From: an uncultured Bacilli bacterium | GTDB taxonomy: Bacteria; Bacillota_I; Bacilli_A; RF39; UBA660 | NCBI GenBank assembly: GCA_934149105.1 | Contig: CAKPDP010000004.1 | Coordinates: 5,277 to 69,276 of the forward strand | Direction: 5' to 3' | DNA: 64,000 bases | Shown here: positions 1 to 10,572 of the stretch, one piece after another | Layout of the letters: each line of letters begins with the position of its first letter | How positions within the stretch are numbered: the first letter of the stretch is position 1 | Position numbers and translations under genes: made by a program | The notes under the pieces: model-generated | Told to the model about the DNA's origin: nothing | Database searches by the model: none | Seen by the model: the letters and a program-made list of their open reading frames with translations, nothing else

Positions 1-96
1 TAATCCTCTCGAAGCCCCAACTCCTAAACCAGGAGTCATATACCCCCTAGGAAACATACCATATCCCGGGAAAAAATAACCATTTGGATTAAACAT
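1..96 (-). CDS. Hypothetical Gly/Tyr/Pro-rich protein, N-terminal fragment (gene continues beyond window start)
   Basis: ATG at 96-94 (minus) is preceded by AGGAGG (revcomp of 101-110). The open frame MFNPNGYFFPGYGMFPRGYMTPGLGVGASRGL runs to the window edge. Confidence 0.35.
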   Translation of the reverse strand, partial: MFNPNGYFFPGYGMFPRGYMTPGLGVGASRGL

Positions 97-197
97 CTTT
101 AGTTCCTCCTCTAAAATAATATATGAAAAAATCTAAAAAAAGTTAAAAAATACCTAAAAGTATGATACAATAATATACAAGAGAATAGGAGGGGAAC

Positions 198-1538
198 ATG
201 AAAAATAATAATCAAAATCCAAACATCATTGATCAGTTAAGAACCCAAGAACCAGAAGGAACTAACAATAATCAAGTCCCTAGAACCAACAAATTTGCTT
301 CTAATTCTAATCCTAATAAAGAAAAGAAGAAAAGATTCCAATATACAGTTCGTGATCGAAGTGGTAAACAAGCAAATGGTAGTTTTGATGCCTTAAGTGC
401 CAGAGATGTTAATTCTTTTTTGATTAGTCAAGGTTACCAAGTCTTAAGTATCAAAGAAGATAAATTTTCTACTAGTTTAGCTCTTCCCTTTCTTAGCAAT
501 AGAAAAATGCGTAATAAAGATCTTATCTTCTTTTTAACTCAATTATCGACTTATATAAAATCAGGAATTCCGCTTGTAGATTCCGTTGCCATTTTAAGCC
601 GTCAAACTAAAAATAAAAAAATAAAATTACTTTATCAAAAAATAGTTTTTGAATTAAATGCTGGAGTTTCCTTTAGTGAAGCTCTAATTAAACAAGGAAA
701 TGCTTTTCCCAAATTATTAATTAACATGGTTAAAACCTCTGAATTAACAGGAAGTCTTACTGATGTTCTAGATGATATGGCTGCTTACTACAAAACCAGT
801 GAAACTAATCGTAAAGAAATAATTGGGGCCATTACTTATCCTTGCGTTATCTTTATTTTTGCTATTGCTATTTTAACCTTTATTATTCTTTGGGTTGTCC
901 CTCAATTTACTAGCATGTACTCAGAACTGGGTAGTGAGTTACCATGGATAACTAGAGCCCTTATAAGTTTCAGTGGTTTCTTGTCTCAATATATTTTTGT
1001 TATCATTGCAAGTATTGCCATAATTATCTTTATTCTCGTTATGATGTATAAAAATATTACAGCCTTTCGTTATACTATTCAGTACCTAGCTATGCATATA
1101 CCTATCGTTAAAAATATTATTATTTATAAAGAATTAATTATGTTTACTAAAACCTTTGCCTCTCTAATTAATCATGATGTCTTTATAACAGATAGTATGG
1201 AAATATTAGGTAAAATAACTAATAATGAAATCTATAAAGGCTTAATTAGAAGTGCTGTAACTAACCTAAGTACTGGTAATGGTGTTTCTATAGCTTTCCA
1301 AAATCAATGGGCTTTCCCCGAAACTGCTTATGAAATGCTCGTTACTGGTGAAAGAACTGGCCGCTTAGGCCCTATGATGCAAAATGTTACTAATTACTAT
1401 GAAGAAGAACAATCTTCTATGATTAAACAAATGAAAAGCTTAATCGAACCCATTATGATCGTCTTTATTGCTGTCATGGTAGGCGTTATCTTATTAGCGG
1501 TTATCGTTCCAATGTTTGATATGTATACTCAAATTTAA
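198..1538 (+). CDS. Type IV pilus / competence pseudopilus platform protein (GspF/PilC/ComGB family)
   Basis: Two GspF-like repeats with TM helices. Conserved PilC N-terminal core FQYTVRDRSGKQANGSFDALSARDVNSFLISQGYQVL. N/Q-rich ~45 aa N-terminal extension. Confidence 0.8.
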   Translation: MKNNNQNPNIIDQLRTQEPEGTNNNQVPRTNKFASNSNPNKEKKKRFQYTVRDRSGKQANGSFDALSARDVNSFLISQGYQVLSIKEDKFSTSLALPFLSNRKMRNKDLIFFLTQLSTYIKSGIPLVDSVAILSRQTKNKKIKLLYQKIVFELNAGVSFSEALIKQGNAFPKLLINMVKTSELTGSLTDVLDDMAAYYKTSETNRKEIIGAITYPCVIFIFAIAILTFIILWVVPQFTSMYSELGSELPWITRALISFSGFLSQYIFVIIASIAIIIFILVMMYKNITAFRYTIQYLAMHIPIVKNIIIYKELIMFTKTFASLINHDVFITDSMEILGKITNNEIYKGLIRSAVTNLSTGNGVSIAFQNQWAFPETAYEMLVTGERTGRLGPMMQNVTNYYEEEQSSMIKQMKSLIEPIMIVFIAVMVGVILLAVIVPMFDMYTQI

Positions 1539-1615
1539 TCTAGCTCTAATCCTCAAGTTCTAGATTAATCTAATTATTTACAATAAGTTTATACACTATA
1601 TACAAGGAGGTTTCT

Positions 1616-2389
1616 ATGGACTTAGACTTATACTTTCGCATAATATTCTTTATTTTTGGAGCCGTCATGGGTTCTTTCTTCCACGTTGTAGCAACCCGTC
1701 TTGCTAAAAAAGAATCCCTTTTGTCACCTCCTTCTCATTGCCCTAATTGTAATCATCGCTTAAAATGGTACGAATTAATTCCCATTGTTTCCTATGTTAT
1801 CCAATTAGGTAAATGTCGTAACTGTCATAAAGAAATTCCTCTCAGTTATCTAATCATTGAAGTAGTAACAGCGTCCCTTTATTCTGTCTGTTACCATAAA
1901 TTTGGCTTCTCTGTCGACCTAATAGTAGCCCTAATCTTTGTCTCTAGTATTATGACCGTTATCATTAGTGATATCGAGTATATGATCATCTTAGATGAAG
2001 TAATTATGATCTCAGGAGCTCTCATCATGGTTATCTATCTCATTGGCTATGGATTTTCCAGTACTACTGCTTACCATATCTATAGTGCCGTAGGCTCTTT
2101 CCTAACCATGTATGCCATAAAACTAATCGGTGACTTTCTTTTCAAAAAAGAATCCCTAGGAGGTGGAGACATAAAATTAATGTTCCTATTTGGTCTTGTC
2201 TTAGGCTATTCTACTTCTATTATGACTATCTTCTTAGCCACCTTCATCGCTTTCCCCATCGCCATCGTCATGCTCTTTACCAATAAAGAACACATGATTC
2301 CCTTTGGCCCCTTCCTTAGTATTGCTGCTTTAATCTTAATGACCTCAGGAGTAACATTCACCGATGTAATTAACTTTTTAATCAGATAA
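1616..2389 (+). CDS. pilD: Prepilin peptidase / N-methyltransferase (A24 family, PilD/ComC)
   Basis: N-terminal Zn-binding CPNC...CRNC tetrad, multi-TM body, catalytic-region motif GGGDIKLM. Confidence 0.85.
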   Translation: MDLDLYFRIIFFIFGAVMGSFFHVVATRLAKKESLLSPPSHCPNCNHRLKWYELIPIVSYVIQLGKCRNCHKEIPLSYLIIEVVTASLYSVCYHKFGFSVDLIVALIFVSSIMTVIISDIEYMIILDEVIMISGALIMVIYLIGYGFSSTTAYHIYSAVGSFLTMYAIKLIGDFLFKKESLGGGDIKLMFLFGLVLGYSTSIMTIFLATFIAFPIAIVMLFTNKEHMIPFGPFLSIAALILMTSGVTFTDVINFLIR

Positions 2390-2459
2390 TTACATCTTTT
2401 TTCTTGCCCCTAAGTTAATTATAAGTTATAATAAATAAGAAAGAAAAAGTGGTGATTTT

Positions 2460-3176
2460 ATGGAGAGAATCCAAAAAACAATTGCTAATCTAGGCTACTG
2501 CTCTAGAAGAAAAGCTGAAGAATTAATTAAAACTGGTCAAGTTAAAATAAATGGCCAAGTCATAACTGAACTAGGAACTAAAACTAAACATGGTGATACT
2601 ATCGAAGTTGAAGGAACAATTCTTGATAATAATAAATCTTATGAATACTATCTTCTTTATAAACCTCGTGGTACCGTTACAACTACTAAAGACGATAAAG
2701 ATAGAAAGACTGTTATCGATCTAATCCCTACCACTACTCGTATTTATCCTGTTGGTAGATTAGACTATGATACTACGGGTATTCTTCTTTTAACCAACGA
2801 TGGAGAGCTTGCTAATAAATTAATGCATCCCTCTAAAGAAATAGATAAAACTTATATTGCTAAAATAGAAGGAGTAGTTACTGGTTATGCTATAAAAAAA
2901 CTTCGTCAAGGAGTTCTAATTGATAACTATAAAACTGCCCCTGCTAGAGTAAAATTAAAAAAATCTGATAAAAAGAAAAATACTTCTCTTCTTGAAATAA
3001 CTATTCATGAAGGAAAAAATCATCAAGTCAAAAAAATGATCGAAGCTGTTGGCTACAAAGTTGAAAAATTAAAAAGAGAACGTTATGCCAACCTCGACTT
3101 AACTGGCCTAAAACCAGGTGAATATCGTAAACTATCTTATAAAGAAGTAACAACCCTTTATAGTCTCGTAAAATAA
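2460..3176 (+). CDS. rluB: rRNA pseudouridine synthase, RsuA/RluB family (S4 domain + catalytic domain)
   Basis: S4-like N-terminus (IANLGYCSRRKAEELIKTGQVKING), catalytic motif YPVGRLDYDTTGILLLTNDGELANKLMHPS. Confidence 0.8.
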   Translation: MERIQKTIANLGYCSRRKAEELIKTGQVKINGQVITELGTKTKHGDTIEVEGTILDNNKSYEYYLLYKPRGTVTTTKDDKDRKTVIDLIPTTTRIYPVGRLDYDTTGILLLTNDGELANKLMHPSKEIDKTYIAKIEGVVTGYAIKKLRQGVLIDNYKTAPARVKLKKSDKKKNTSLLEITIHEGKNHQVKKMIEAVGYKVEKLKRERYANLDLTGLKPGEYRKLSYKEVTTLYSLVK

Positions 3177-3227
3177 TGGAATAATCACAAGCTCTCCACA
3201 TATATTTATTCTGAAAGGAATGATATA

Positions 3228-3488
3228 ATGGAAACATTAAAAGTTAGTGCAAAATCTAATCCAAATTCAGTAGCGGGAGCCCTTGCTAACGTTTTTCGAG
3301 ATAAAGGAACAGTCGAAATCCAAGCCATTGGAGCCGGGGCTCTAAATCAAGCTATTAAAGCTATAGCCATTGCCCGAGGTTTTGTAGCACCATCTGGAAA
3401 AAATCTTATCTGTATTCCAGCTTTTACTGATATAACTATTGATGGCGATGAAAGAACTGCTATCAAATTAATAGTAGAAGCTAAATAA
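3228..3488 (+). CDS. spoVS: Stage V sporulation protein S
   Basis: 86 aa. Near-identical to SpoVS consensus across its length (METLKVSAKSNPNSVAGALA...EIQAIGAGALNQAIKAIAIARGFVAPSG...LICIPAFTDI). Confidence 0.85.
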   Translation: METLKVSAKSNPNSVAGALANVFRDKGTVEIQAIGAGALNQAIKAIAIARGFVAPSGKNLICIPAFTDITIDGDERTAIKLIVEAK

Positions 3489-3508
3489 ATAAAATAACTA
3501 TATTATTT

Positions 3509-3538
3509 TCTCCCTTAATTAGGGAGATTTTTAATTTT
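3509..3538 (+). terminator. Rho-independent terminator after spoVS
   Basis: TCTCCCT-taatt-AGGGAGA hairpin followed by TTTTTAATTTT. Confidence 0.6.
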
Positions 3539-3622
3539 ACTTTTCTTAAATCAAATTAACTATAGATTAATATAAGAATTTATTTGCTAATTTTTGGTAT
3601 ACTAAGTACAAAGAGGTGTCGT

Positions 3623-4303
3623 ATGATTGGAATAATAATTGCAATGGAAGAAGAATTACAAGAACTATTGCCATCTATCAAAAATTTGGAAATAATAACT
3701 ATTAAAGATTTAACCTTCTATAAAGGAACTATCTCTAACAAAGATTGTATTATTGGTCTATCTGGAGTAGGTAAAGTAAATGCAGCTCGTACTACACAAA
3801 TTATGTTGGATCTTTATAACCCTATAAAAATAATTAATATAGGTGTTTCGGGCTCTTGTGATCCTAGCCTAAACATTGGTGATATCATCATTGCCACTAA
3901 ATTATATCAACATGATTTTGATATTTCTATCTTTAATCATAACCCTGGTTATATCCCTAAAGTAGGAGATTGTATTGAACTTCCCTTTGAAGAACTAAAT
4001 TTACTAAAACAAAAATTATCTTCTATCTATCCTAATATCTATCTAGGTACCTGCATCTCCGGTGATAAATTTATCTCCGATCGTGAAGAAAAACTCGTTC
4101 TTTATAAAAAATTTGGATCATCTTGTTGCGATATGGAAGCTGCAAGTATTGCCCAAATCTGTTATTTATCTCAAGTTCCATTCTTAATTATTAGATCAAT
4201 AAGTGACACGTTAAAACCTAACATCAAAGAAGAATACGAAAAGTTCTTAAAAGAATCTTCTCATATCCTAGCTCTTATCTTAGAAAAATATTTACAATCT
4301 TAA
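3623..4303 (+). CDS. mtnN: 5'-methylthioadenosine/S-adenosylhomocysteine nucleosidase
   Basis: MIGIIIAMEEE start with AAGAGGTG RBS (ORF-track start 3584 is probably too early). Motifs GLSGVGKVNAA, SGDKF, DMEAASIAQ. Confidence 0.85.
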   Translation: MIGIIIAMEEELQELLPSIKNLEIITIKDLTFYKGTISNKDCIIGLSGVGKVNAARTTQIMLDLYNPIKIINIGVSGSCDPSLNIGDIIIATKLYQHDFDISIFNHNPGYIPKVGDCIELPFEELNLLKQKLSSIYPNIYLGTCISGDKFISDREEKLVLYKKFGSSCCDMEAASIAQICYLSQVPFLIIRSISDTLKPNIKEEYEKFLKESSHILALILEKYLQS

Positions 4304-4434
4304 TTTATTTAAATATTCATAAATTTAATAATATAAATTTGTAATTCTTCCCAATCATCAATGTAGTAGGGGACTTGATTTCCTAACTAAATCCCTATAT
4401 TATAAAAACTTTTTAATAAACACCATTTAAAATA

Positions 4435-4463
4435 TTGACTTCTAATTTTATTAGTGATATATT
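4435..4463 (+). promoter_or_regulatory. Candidate sigma-A promoter of the str operon (TTGACT-17-TATATT)
   Basis: Read directly from sequence upstream of rpsL. Confidence 0.45.
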
Positions 4464-4483
4464 AATAATGTTCATAAATTTAG

Positions 4484-4511
4484 GTTTTGTGTGCCCACAA
4501 AACTTATCTTT
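4484..4511 (+). promoter_or_regulatory. rpsL leader hairpin (GTTTTGTG-tgcc-CACAAAAC) followed by U-rich tract
   Basis: Perfect 8-bp stem at 4484-4503 in the 5' UTR of rpsL. Possible attenuator or r-protein operator. Confidence 0.35.
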
Positions 4512-4559
4512 AATGTAATATATGATACACCAGGATATGTGTAGAGAGGAGGATAATAA

Positions 4560-4976
4560 ATGCCTACAATTAACCAAACAGTAAAAAATGGAAGAAAGCA
4601 AAAAAGAAGAAAGAGTAAATCACCTGCATTAAATGTAGGAGTAGATAGTATCAATAATAAGACAACTATCCAAAACTCACCTCAAAAAAGAGGAGTTTGT
4701 ACTCGTGTTGGAACTATGACACCTAAGAAACCTAACTCAGCTTTAAGAAAATATGCCCGTGTTAGATTATCTAATGGTATGGAAGTTACTTGCTATATTC
4801 CAGGTATTGGACATAACTTACAAGAGCACAGTGTTGTTTTAGTAAGAGGAGGTCGTGTTAAAGACTTAATCGGTGTTCGTTATCACATTATTCGTGGTAC
4901 TATGGATACTGCTGGAGTTCAAAATAGAATGCAAGGACGTTCTAAATATGGTGCTAAAAAACCAAAAAGCAAATAA
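4560..4976 (+). CDS. rpsL: 30S ribosomal protein S12
   Basis: MPTINQ... conserved S12 sequence, KKPNSALRK motif. Confidence 0.95.
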   Translation: MPTINQTVKNGRKQKRRKSKSPALNVGVDSINNKTTIQNSPQKRGVCTRVGTMTPKKPNSALRKYARVRLSNGMEVTCYIPGIGHNLQEHSVVLVRGGRVKDLIGVRYHIIRGTMDTAGVQNRMQGRSKYGAKKPKSK

Positions 4977-4991
4977 TATAAATAAAACTAA

Positions 4992-5486
<495 letters not shown>

Positions 5487-5507
5487 AATAAGAAAGGAAA
5501 ATAAAAT

Positions 5508-7580
5508 ATGGCTCGTGAAATAGCATTACAAAATACCCGTAACATAGGTATTATGGCCCATATTGATGCTGGTAAGACTACTTGTACTGAACGTGTTTTA
5601 TACCATACTGGTAAAATCCATAAAATTGGTGAAACTCATGATGGAGCTTCCCAAATGGACTGGATGGAACAAGAACAAGAACGTGGTATAACTATCACTA
5701 GTGCTGCTACTACTGCATTCTGGAAAGGCTATAGATTAAATATCATCGATACTCCTGGACACGTTGATTTTACTATTGAAGTTCAACGTAGTTTAAGAGT
5801 ATTAGATGGAGCTGTCTTATTACTAGATTCCCAAGCTGGTGTTGAACCACAAAGTGAAACAGTATGGAGACAAGCAAACGAATATAAAGTACCTCGTATT
5901 ATATTCTCTAATAAGATGGATAAAATGGGAGCAGACTTTTATATGAGCTTACAAAGCGTAAAAGACAGATTAGGCGCTAATGCCGTAGCTGTTGAATTAC
6001 CTATCGGAGCAGAAAATGAATTCCATGGTGTTATTGACTTAGTTACCATGAAAGCATATGAATTCGATGGAAAACCTGATGAAAATGCTAAAGAAATAGA
6101 AATTCCAGCCGAATTACAAGACAAAGCCGAAGAATATCGTAATCGTCTAATTGAAGCCGCTGCTGACTTTGATGAAGAATTAATGATGACTTATCTTGAC
6201 GGCGGAGAAATAACTGTTGAAGCATTAAAGAAAGCAATTAGAATAGGAACTATTAAAGCTGAATTATTCCCATTCCTATGTGGAACTGCTTTAGGAAACA
6301 TGGGAGTAAAACCATTACTAGATGCTGTTGTTGATTACTTACCTGCTCCAACTGATATTCCTTCTATCGTTTGTAAAGACTTTAATGGTAACGATGTAGC
6401 TAGACATCCTAGTGATTCTGAACCATTTACTGCTTTAGCATTCAAAGTTATGACTGACCCATTCGTTGGAAGGCTTACTTTCTTTAGAGTTTATTCCGGC
6501 GTTTTAAAGAGTGGTTCTTATGTTCTAAATTCTACTAAGAATGTTAAAGAAAGAGTAGGAAGAATTTTAAGAATGCACGCTAATCACCGTGAAGAAATAG
6601 CAGAAGTATATGCTGGAGAGATCGGAGCTATCGTCGGTTTAAAGAATACTACCACAGCTGATACTCTATGTGATGAAAAGAAACCAGTAATAATGCAAGG
6701 TATGGAATTCCCAGAACCAGTTATCTCTGAAGCTATTGAACCAAAATCAAAAGCTGATCAAGATAAATTAGCCCTAGCTCTAACTAAGTTAGCAGAAGAA
6801 GATCCAACTTTCAGAATGCATACAAATCCTGAAACTGGACAAACTGTTATCTCTGGTATGGGAGAATTACACTTAGATATCCAAGTTGATAGATTAAGAA
6901 GAGAATTCGGTGTTGAAGCTACTGTAGGAGCTCCTCAAGTTGCTTACCGTGAAACAATTAAGAAAACAGCTGAATGTGAAGGAAAACATATCAAACAATC
7001 AGGTGGACGTGGACAATATGGACATGTTTGGGTTCGTTTTGAACCAAATCCTGAAAAAGGTTATGAATTCGTCGACAATATCGTTGGTGGTGTTGTACCT
7101 CGAGAATACATTTCTGTTGTTGATAAAGGCTTACAAGAAGCTCTAGCGGGTGGTGTTTTAGCAGGATACCCTGTTGTTGATGTTAAAGCCACTCTATTCG
7201 ATGGTTCATACCATGATGTTGACTCATCAGAAATGGCCTTCAAGATTGCAGCTTCCCTAGCAGTAAAAGAAATTAAGAATAAATGTCAACCAGTACTTCT
7301 AGAACCAATCATGAAAGTACAAGTAACAGTACCAGATGAATATCTAGGAAATGTTATGGGAGATATTACTTCTCGTCGTGGCCGTCCAATGGGACAAGAG
7401 TCTCGTGGAAACGCTTTAGCAATCGATGCAATGGTTCCTTTAGCGGAAATGTTCGGTTACGCAACTAGTCTTCGTTCTAATACTCAAGGACGTGGAAACT
7501 TCGTAATGGTATTAGACCACTATGAAGAAGTACCAAAGAGTATATCCGAAGAGATAATCAAAAAAAATGGGGCTAATTAA
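5508..7580 (+). CDS. fusA: Elongation factor G
   Basis: GTPase G1 [20 protein letters not shown] domains, 690 aa. Confidence 0.95.
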   Translation: MAREIALQNTRNIGIMAHIDAGKTTCTERVLYHTGKIHKIGETHDGASQMDWMEQEQERGITITSAATTAFWKGYRLNIIDTPGHVDFTIEVQRSLRVLDGAVLLLDSQAGVEPQSETVWRQANEYKVPRIIFSNKMDKMGADFYMSLQSVKDRLGANAVAVELPIGAENEFHGVIDLVTMKAYEFDGKPDENAKEIEIPAELQDKAEEYRNRLIEAAADFDEELMMTYLDGGEITVEALKKAIRIGTIKAELFPFLCGTALGNMGVKPLLDAVVDYLPAPTDIPSIVCKDFNGNDVARHPSDSEPFTALAFKVMTDPFVGRLTFFRVYSGVLKSGSYVLNSTKNVKERVGRILRMHANHREEIAEVYAGEIGAIVGLKNTTTADTLCDEKKPVIMQGMEFPEPVISEAIEPKSKADQDKLALALTKLAEEDPTFRMHTNPETGQTVISGMGELHLDIQVDRLRREFGVEATVGAPQVAYRETIKKTAECEGKHIKQSGGRGQYGHVWVRFEPNPEKGYEFVDNIVGGVVPREYISVVDKGLQEALAGGVLAGYPVVDVKATLFDGSYHDVDSSEMAFKIAASLAVKEIKNKCQPVLLEPIMKVQVTVPDEYLGNVMGDITSRRGRPMGQESRGNALAIDAMVPLAEMFGYATSLRSNTQGRGNFVMVLDHYEEVPKSISEEIIKKNGAN

Positions 7581-7651
7581 TAAAAACACTTGAAAAAGTG
7601 CCCCCCATTTGATACAATAAGATAGTAAATTTAGAAAGAGAGGAAATAAAA

Positions 7652-8836
7652 ATGGCAAAAGAAAAATTTGATCGTTCATTACCACACGTTAACATTGGTA
7701 CAATTGGCCACGTTGACCATGGTAAGACAACTTTAACTGCTGCTATTACTAAAGTTTTAGCAGCCAAAGGTTATGCCCAATTTGAAGATTATGCTGATAT
7801 TGATAAAGCACCAGAAGAAAGAGAAAGAGGTATTACCATTAATACTGCTCACGTTGAGTATCGTACTGACAAACGTCACTATGCTCACGTTGACTGTCCA
7901 GGACACGCTGACTATGTTAAAAACATGATTACAGGTGCTGCTCAAATGGATGGAGCTATCCTTGTTATAGCAGCTACTGATGGTCCTATGGCTCAAACAA
8001 GAGAACATTTATTATTAGCAAAACAAGTAGGTGTACCTAGAATTGTTGTTTACTTAAATAAATGTGACCAAGTAGACGATGAAGAACTTTTAGACTTAGT
8101 TGAAATGGAAGTTCGTGATACTTTAAGTAAATATGATTATGATGGAGATAACACTCCAATTATCAGAGGTTCTGCTCTTAAAGCTCTAGAAGGAGATCCT
8201 GCTGCAGTTGAATCTATTAACAAATTAATGGATGCTGTTGATGAATGGATTCCAACTCCTGAAAGAGATAATGACAAACCATTCTTAATGTCTATTGAAG
8301 ACGTATTTACAATTACAGGTCGTGGAACAGTTGTTACAGGACGTGTTGAAAGAGGACAATTAAAACTTAATGATGAAGTTGAAATCATTGGTTTAAGAGA
8401 TACTCAAAAGACAGTAGTAACTGGTATCGAAATGTTCAGAAAATCATTAGATTATGCTGAAGCTGGAGATAACGCTGGAGTATTATTACGTGGTATTTCT
8501 CGTGATGACGTAGAAAGAGGACAAATCCTAGCTAAACCAGGAACAGTTAAACCTCACAAGAAATTCAAAGCTGAAGTTTATGTATTGTCTAAAGAAGAAG
8601 GTGGAAGACATACTCCATTCTTCTCAAACTACAGACCACAATTCTATTTCAGAACTACAGACGTTACTGGTGTAATCACTTTACCAGAAGGTACAGAAAT
8701 GGTTATGCCTGGTGATAATGTAACTATGACTGTAGAATTAATCTCACCAATCGCTGTAGAAAACGGAACTAAGTTCTCTATTCGTGAAGGTGGACGTACA
8801 GTTGGTGCTGGTGTTGTTTCAGAAATCATGGAATAA
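7652..8836 (+). CDS. tuf: Elongation factor Tu
   Basis: [22 protein letters not shown] motifs. 394 aa. Confidence 0.95.
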   Translation: MAKEKFDRSLPHVNIGTIGHVDHGKTTLTAAITKVLAAKGYAQFEDYADIDKAPEERERGITINTAHVEYRTDKRHYAHVDCPGHADYVKNMITGAAQMDGAILVIAATDGPMAQTREHLLLAKQVGVPRIVVYLNKCDQVDDEELLDLVEMEVRDTLSKYDYDGDNTPIIRGSALKALEGDPAAVESINKLMDAVDEWIPTPERDNDKPFLMSIEDVFTITGRGTVVTGRVERGQLKLNDEVEIIGLRDTQKTVVTGIEMFRKSLDYAEAGDNAGVLLRGISRDDVERGQILAKPGTVKPHKKFKAEVYVLSKEEGGRHTPFFSNYRPQFYFRTTDVTGVITLPEGTEMVMPGDNVTMTVELISPIAVENGTKFSIREGGRTVGAGVVSEIME

Positions 8837-9028
8837 TTACTAACCTTAAAAGAATTGGATTAATTTCCAGTTCTTTTTTTGATCTCAAATTACTCCTAAT
8901 CTTCAAGTATAATTCTTTATCTTCTTGATCTTTAACTTTTATTTTTAGACTTCGTATATTTAATTTACTTATCTTTTTATCTTTTTGATCTTTAACAGTA
9001 ATTTTCTAAATATTTAAGCCTCAGGCTA

Positions 9029-9056
9029 TTAATTATGGCTAATTAGCCATAATTAA
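9029..9056. repeat. 28-bp perfect palindrome TTAATTATGGCTAATTAGCCATAATTAA (preceded by AGCCTcAGGCT mini-palindrome)
   Basis: Read directly. Lies between the convergent tuf and femAB-family genes. Confidence 0.7.
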
Positions 9057-9060
9057 ATAT

Positions 9061-9093
9061 ATAAAAAAGAAATTACCTATCTTAGTAATTTCT
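9061..9093 (-). terminator. Rho-independent terminator of the minus-strand femAB-family gene
   Basis: On the minus strand: AGAAATTAC-taagatag-GTAATTTCT followed by TTTTTTAT. Confidence 0.6.
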
Positions 9094-9102
9094 AAATTCT
9101 TC

Positions 9103-10350
9103 TTATTTCTTATTCTTTAAATTAAATAATCCTGAATAAATTGTATATAAATATTTATTAGTAACCAGATCAAAATCTCCTGGATACTCTATGACTTCAC
9201 CACCAAAACCAACCTTTGATTGAAATAATCCTTTATAATTCTCATCTTCAAAATTAGAACATACTGCTCCAAAATTAAAATTCCTATAACCAACACTATG
9301 ATAAATCTTCATAATTTCCCATTTTATTAAACTAATACTATGTATATAGTTTACCTGATCGTTATAACCATCAACTACAAAAACTATTTCATTATTATCT
9401 CTAATAATTCCACAAGTTCCAATAATTAATCCATTAGGAAAGAATTTATATATATTAGTAGCTCTTTTTATCTCTTTACTATATCTATCTATTAATCTAT
9501 CTGAAAACATCTTCTTATTAACTAACTTTAAACTACCACCATTACTACTATTTTGCATTTTTTGTGATAATCTAGTGTTTCTAGCTTGTTCCTTTTTTAA
9601 CAAATATTGATAATTATTAATATAAACATCTGGATTAAGTTTAGCAAAAAATATTTCAAACTTATTATAATCTGTATTAAAGTAACTAGCTAACTTCCTA
9701 TAATATTCTAATCCTTTAGGATTATTTTTTTTAACCAATTCATAAAATAAATTCAAAGTTTCGTTAGAACCCTTATATACTGTAATACCAGTATTTAAAC
9801 AAAAAGCTATATTTCTCTTAGTACTTCTACTAAAATTATTATAAATATCTGTTAAAGAATCTCCGACCTTTAAAGACACTCCGTATCTCGAAAAATCATC
9901 TCTATACCCCATAAAGTTATAACCACATTCTTTTAAATTATTAGTCTGAATAGCATTACCATCCATAAGAGTTAAATCTTTATTATAAACCTTAAATCTA
10001 ATCCTTGGATTAAGTCTTAAATAGATAAAATCTTTTTTTCTTAAAAAATCTTTAAGTTTCAATGTAAATGCCATTAATAGTTCTTTATTACTATAATCTA
10101 TTAAAAATCCTCCAGGAGCAAAAGCATATTTATACTTATTATAGATTTTCTTTGTAATTAGCATCGTACCCGCAAAAACATTATCTTTATCATCGATAAG
10201 ACCTAAATACATAGGGTCATAACCATCTTCTCCTTTCATAGTGGCATATTCTACTGTCTGTAAATAATTTTTTTTACTATGATTATAAGAATAATTAAAA
10301 AACTCATCTTCGGTAAGTTCTATAATTTTAGTTTGATCCATAATTATCAA
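9103..10350 (-). CDS. FemAB-family peptidoglycan interpeptide-bridge aminoacyltransferase
   Basis: 415 aa. Femx/MurM-like architecture: GNAT-like halves with central coiled-coil insert (LLKKEQARNTRLSQKMQ). FemAB length and composition. Confidence 0.65.
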   Translation of the reverse strand: MIIMDQTKIIELTEDEFFNYSYNHSKKNYLQTVEYATMKGEDGYDPMYLGLIDDKDNVFAGTMLITKKIYNKYKYAFAPGGFLIDYSNKELLMAFTLKLKDFLRKKDFIYLRLNPRIRFKVYNKDLTLMDGNAIQTNNLKECGYNFMGYRDDFSRYGVSLKVGDSLTDIYNNFSRSTKRNIAFCLNTGITVYKGSNETLNLFYELVKKNNPKGLEYYRKLASYFNTDYNKFEIFFAKLNPDVYINNYQYLLKKEQARNTRLSQKMQNSSNGGSLKLVNKKMFSDRLIDRYSKEIKRATNIYKFFPNGLIIGTCGIIRDNNEIVFVVDGYNDQVNYIHSISLIKWEIMKIYHSVGYRNFNFGAVCSNFEDENYKGLFQSKVGFGGEVIEYPGDFDLVTNKYLYTIYSGLFNLKNKK

Positions 10351-10572
10351 CCTCTCTTAATCTTAATTATAACATATTCGTATTTAAAATAAAATACCAT
10401 TTTCTAAGATGTATCTATATAATAAATCCTTTCTTAGTAATTATCTCCTAATATTAGGATTCATTTTTATCTACCCCTAAAACCAGAAAATTAAGAACAC
10501 CATATTGAAATTTATATCTAAATTTTATATAATTATAACAAGTAAACTAAATATCAGAATGAAGGTTGATGT

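Noticed and set aside
3028-3237. 69-aa minus-strand ORF overlapping the rluB 3' end and spoVS start
   Set aside because: Antisense to two well-supported genes. No RBS.
5939-8829. Several 60-83-aa minus-strand ORFs inside fusA and tuf (5939-6124, 7061-7243, 7573-7767, 7757-8008, 8137-8388, 8644-8829)
   Set aside because: Antisense to highly expressed, unmistakable EF-G/EF-Tu genes. No RBS. Shadow ORFs.
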